A stretch of 64,000 nucleotides of DNA from assembly GCF_036365525.1 (NCBI RefSeq), contig NC_090418.1, forward strand, positions 6,798,304 to 6,862,303. Direction: 5' to 3'. Made by a program: the position numbers and the translations under genes. Positions 60,269-64,000 of the stretch are shown piece after piece (positions within the stretch are counted from its first letter, which is position 1; each line of letters opens with the position of its first letter). Under the pieces are notes generated by a model, which searched no databases, was not told where the DNA came from, and worked only from the letters and a program-made list of their open reading frames with translations. This DNA is from Heterodontus francisci (taxonomy: Eukaryota).

Positions 60269-63200
60269 TTGAAATTCCACAAAAATAAAATGAGCTTTTC
60301 AGGGCCAGAGATGTGTTTAGCAATGATCATGAAGTTAATTCGCAGTAAAAACCCAATTACACCTCAGTTAACAGGGTGTAGCTTTTCCAAAGGTTTTTAC
60401 AGTGGAACTAACAGAGTACGTGTTAGAGGTTCTCATCAAATCCATTGATGATATGATTGCAGTCTGTGGGGGGAGATGCCTCAACAGCGCATTCCTCTGA
60501 AGGAGCGGAGAATTACTGACAGCTACTTATGCATTATGTGTTAGTGTCAGCCTGGATTATGTTCAGGCTTCTGCAAATGGGATTTGAACCCACAACCTCC
60601 AACAGAGATGAACATGCTACCAACTGAACAGCTGGGACAGTCAGGGGTCTCAAAGAGAGATTGTCTTGCAGCCACTTCAGGGGGTAATAAGAATCAGCCA
60701 GGCAGAGTGGAACTGGAGAGACATATCGGCCAGGACAGGTAGACCTGTAGGATTCCCTTTCCCTGGAGGACATGACCAAACCGGCTGGTTTTCTGTGATC
60801 ATGTGGCAGTTTCCATGGTTTCTGGTCCCAGCTCACAAATGACCTGATTTGTCAAATTAAACTGCAGGATTGATATGGAGTCTTGAACTTGCGACCTCGG
60901 AGCATCTATTCCGACCCCAGAGCAACTGCATGACTGTATCTCATTAAAGTGATACACTGATGGTGTAGCATTCCTGTTCCTTCCACCCTTTTCCCTCCAG
61001 GAATTGAATCTTCCAGGTTATGGGATCCTGTTGTTCATGTATGCCTCATCCTTGTGTGCCAGGCCTCACATCGACTGTTAGAATATACAGCCCGACTGCT
61101 GGACTTTCACACACATAACTCCCAGCATAATCGGTTAACAGCAAGTGGTGTAGGTAATATCGAGAACGCTAAATTATTGTGATTTAATTATTAGACAGCA
61201 GAATGCAATATACCAGGTGCCATTTAATCACCAAGGAGGACATCACGCTCTTCGATAAGTGATTTGATTTGAGAGTTACACCGATAGTTCTCACAATTTT
61301 CAGTTGGGCCATTTCTGTATTTTTTTACATGACCAGAAACCCGGTCCAACCATCAACGTGGCACCTTCGATATGAGCACCTATGGAAAGCAAATGGGTCA
61401 AGCAATGAGCTGCCGAGTGAAACGGGTCAGCTTATCTGATAAACTGTTCTTGCCAAGAGTCTGAGCCTTGGATTAAACAAATAAACACTGATTGTGGGAA
61501 CTGGAGATAAGACCTGAGAGTAGAGTGTTGGCCAGAGTTTAAAGCTCATGAGTTCACAGCATAGGAGGAGGCCAATTTACTCATTGTGCCTTTGCAAGAC
61601 CGCTCCAGATATAATCCCACGGCCCCGCACCCTCCCCATAGCCATGTATCCTCCTCGGTTTCATTTATTTATCCCTTATGCCTTTAAAAATTGAGGTAAA
61701 TATTAAAGGTAAATATTAAATCTCTTCACCTTTTCTGTTTCCATGGATATGACTGCAATTTCTTAAACCTCTTTGTGTCATGATTTATTTCTCCTGATTA
61801 CAGGATCTATGCCTAATATTCAAACTTAATTCTCACATAAATGTGCAATCAGATAGTGAAATCGGTCTATTTTCACTGAGAGCAATTGAAATATTTTCAA
61901 CAAACACAACGTGAATTTATTTCGCGTCTTTAACGTAATAAAACATCCCTACACTCTTCAAAGGAGCTTCACAAGGCAAAATTTGAGACTGAGCCTTGCA
62001 AGGAGAAATTAAGACAGGTAACAAAAAGCTTGATGGAAGAGGTAGTTTGTTTAGGAGCGTCGAGAAGGAGTGAGAGGCGGAGAGGTTGAGGGAGGGCATT
62101 CCAGAGCTTAGGGCCCAACAGCTGAAGGCACGGCCGCCAATGGTGGAGCGATTAAAATGGGGAATGCGCAAGAGGGCAGAATTGGAGGCGTGCGGAGATC
62201 TGGAAGGGTTGTACGGGCCTGAGGCGGTTACAGAGATAGGGAAGGTTCAAGGCCATGGATGGAGTTGAACACCAGGATGGCAGTTTTAAAATTAAGGCTC
62301 TGCTTAATTGCAAACCTAAAACCTAGCAAGAGAATGTAAAGTGTCTCCTCCAAACTCACTCCCCAACCAGCTCCAGCAGAACAGGATAACACAAGCCACA
62401 TTTCCAGGGGAAATGTCACCCAACCACCCCCCACCTCAGTAAGGCATGCTCCAATATTCTGAAGAGCAGAACAAGAGCTCTGTTAGACCAGGGATAGAAG
62501 GACGAGATCCAATGGCTGGATTAATAGTTTAAGCCTGGGCTCAGTGGCCGCACACATTAGTCAGACAGTAGTGAGTTGCAGTCCTCCTTTGAGCAGAAAA
62601 TCAAGGCTGACACTGCCAGTGCAGTACTGAGGAAGTGCTACACTTTTAGCCATCTTTTGGATGAGCAATTAAACCCAGACTCCTTCTGCCCTCTTGGAGG
62701 GGCGGTATAACATCTCAGGCTTGTTTATGTGCTGTGTTTTACTGGGGTAACTTTATTGGCCAAGTATTCAGCAAGGGCGCTCACCAATGATCTGGTAGAA
62801 AGCTGCCCACAAATATCTTGGGCTGAATTTTACCAGCCTCACCACACCGCAGGCCACGGCACGGGGGCTGGTAAAATTCTGTGGGGAGAGGCCCGTGTTG
62901 CCGGCCCCCTGCCGCCTGGCAGCAGGCTCTTCATCTACATATTTAAATTAACATTAATAATATGTCAATGTACTCACCTTCAGGCGGCGTCCGTATGGAG
63001 TTCCGAGGCGAGAACCTGGTGGGGAGGGAGGAGGAGTAAAATGTTCAGATGGGAGGGGTGAGGAACCGGGGAAAACAATTTTGATTGGTTGTGTGAATAA
63101 GAACAAAGAACAAAGAACAGTCTTTTCGTCTGAGGAACAAGTTGTCGGGGACCCGGCAGTCGCCCCCTTCTACATCATCGGGGGTGGCCACTCCGCCAGC

Positions 63201-64000
63201 TCTATTTAAATGAACCCCCACGTGCAATATAGTGGGGTTCCTCAGCGGCATTTCCGTGTCGGACAGCCGCCGAGTTGAAAGTGTGCCGCCGCAGAGCGCA
63301 GTGCATGATTAAAATTCAGCCCCGAGTGATCTCTGTGGTGTTGGTTTGCCCATTCCGGATGCAGATTACACCTTGCATGAAAGCAAGGGGATCTCCCGGC
63401 GTGCAGTCATGGCAGCAAGCAGGATAAGCTCCCAGTCGTGTGGAACTATTTACACAGGCAGTTCACAAAGAGTTTAAAAGCATTTCAAATCTCTCACCGG
63501 TAAAGTTACACTTTCTGATAGCAATTTTGTGTTATTTTGTACATGGATGTGGGTATCACTGGCAAGTCCAGCATTTATTGCCCATCCCTAATTGCCCTTG
63601 AAAACTGAGTGGCTGGCTTGATCATTTCATTGAGAGCAAACCACATTGCTGTGTGTCTGGAGTCACATGTAGGCCAGACCAGGCCAGCACAGCAAATATC
63701 CTTCTCGAAAGGACATTGGTGAACCACATGGGGTTTTACAACAATTGATGATAGTTTGATGGCACCATTACTGAAAATAACTTTCAATTCCAGCTTTTTA
63801 AATTAAATAATTGAAATTAAATTCCACCAGCTGCTGTGATGGGATTTGGACATCTTTCTCCAGGGCATTAGCCTGGGCCTCTGGATTAATAGTTCAGTAA
63901 TATTACCACTACGTCATCGTCACGGATTGGTTGGCAGTAGAGGAAAAGACAAACAAACTTAAAAAAAAGTAAAAAATCTCTTTTATGGAATTGTTTGGAT

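Larger units (their letters stand above)
47260..64000 (+). repeat. Large direct duplication, right copy
   Basis: As above; homology runs to both window edges, so the breakpoints are not visible. Confidence 0.97.

Overview
Vertebrate genomic DNA, most likely from a cartilaginous fish (shark-type HE1/V-SINEs, CR1, L2, DeuSINE and Penelope-like elements); the taxon is inferred from the repeats only. None of the supplied ORFs is a real cellular gene. The main signal is invisible to the ORF track: a minus-strand micro-exon gene hidden in a ~30 kb tandem array of 0.85/1.5 kb units. It has a TATA box (53598-53605), a signal-peptide exon (53489-53540, MKYLCLLLFVLIAGVMA), a 15-nt exon, fifteen canonical 24-nt phase-1 micro-exons (one per repeat unit, each with branch point, pyrimidine tract, CAG acceptor and GTRA donor) and a terminal exon (21368-21387, GYYPWI*). 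Spliced, it encodes a 148-aa secreted Tyr/Gly/Lys/Asp/His-rich octapeptide-repeat protein in which GYYPHxDH-type and GKKxxKYD-type modules alternate. A 23-nt and a 25-nt exon could switch the middle of the gene into, and back out of, a second fully open frame. The locus lies in a near-identical ~47.3 kb direct duplication (1-16338 matches 47260-64000), so the 5' part of a second gene copy is at 1-6400. Translations and coordinates were derived by hand; no database search was possible.
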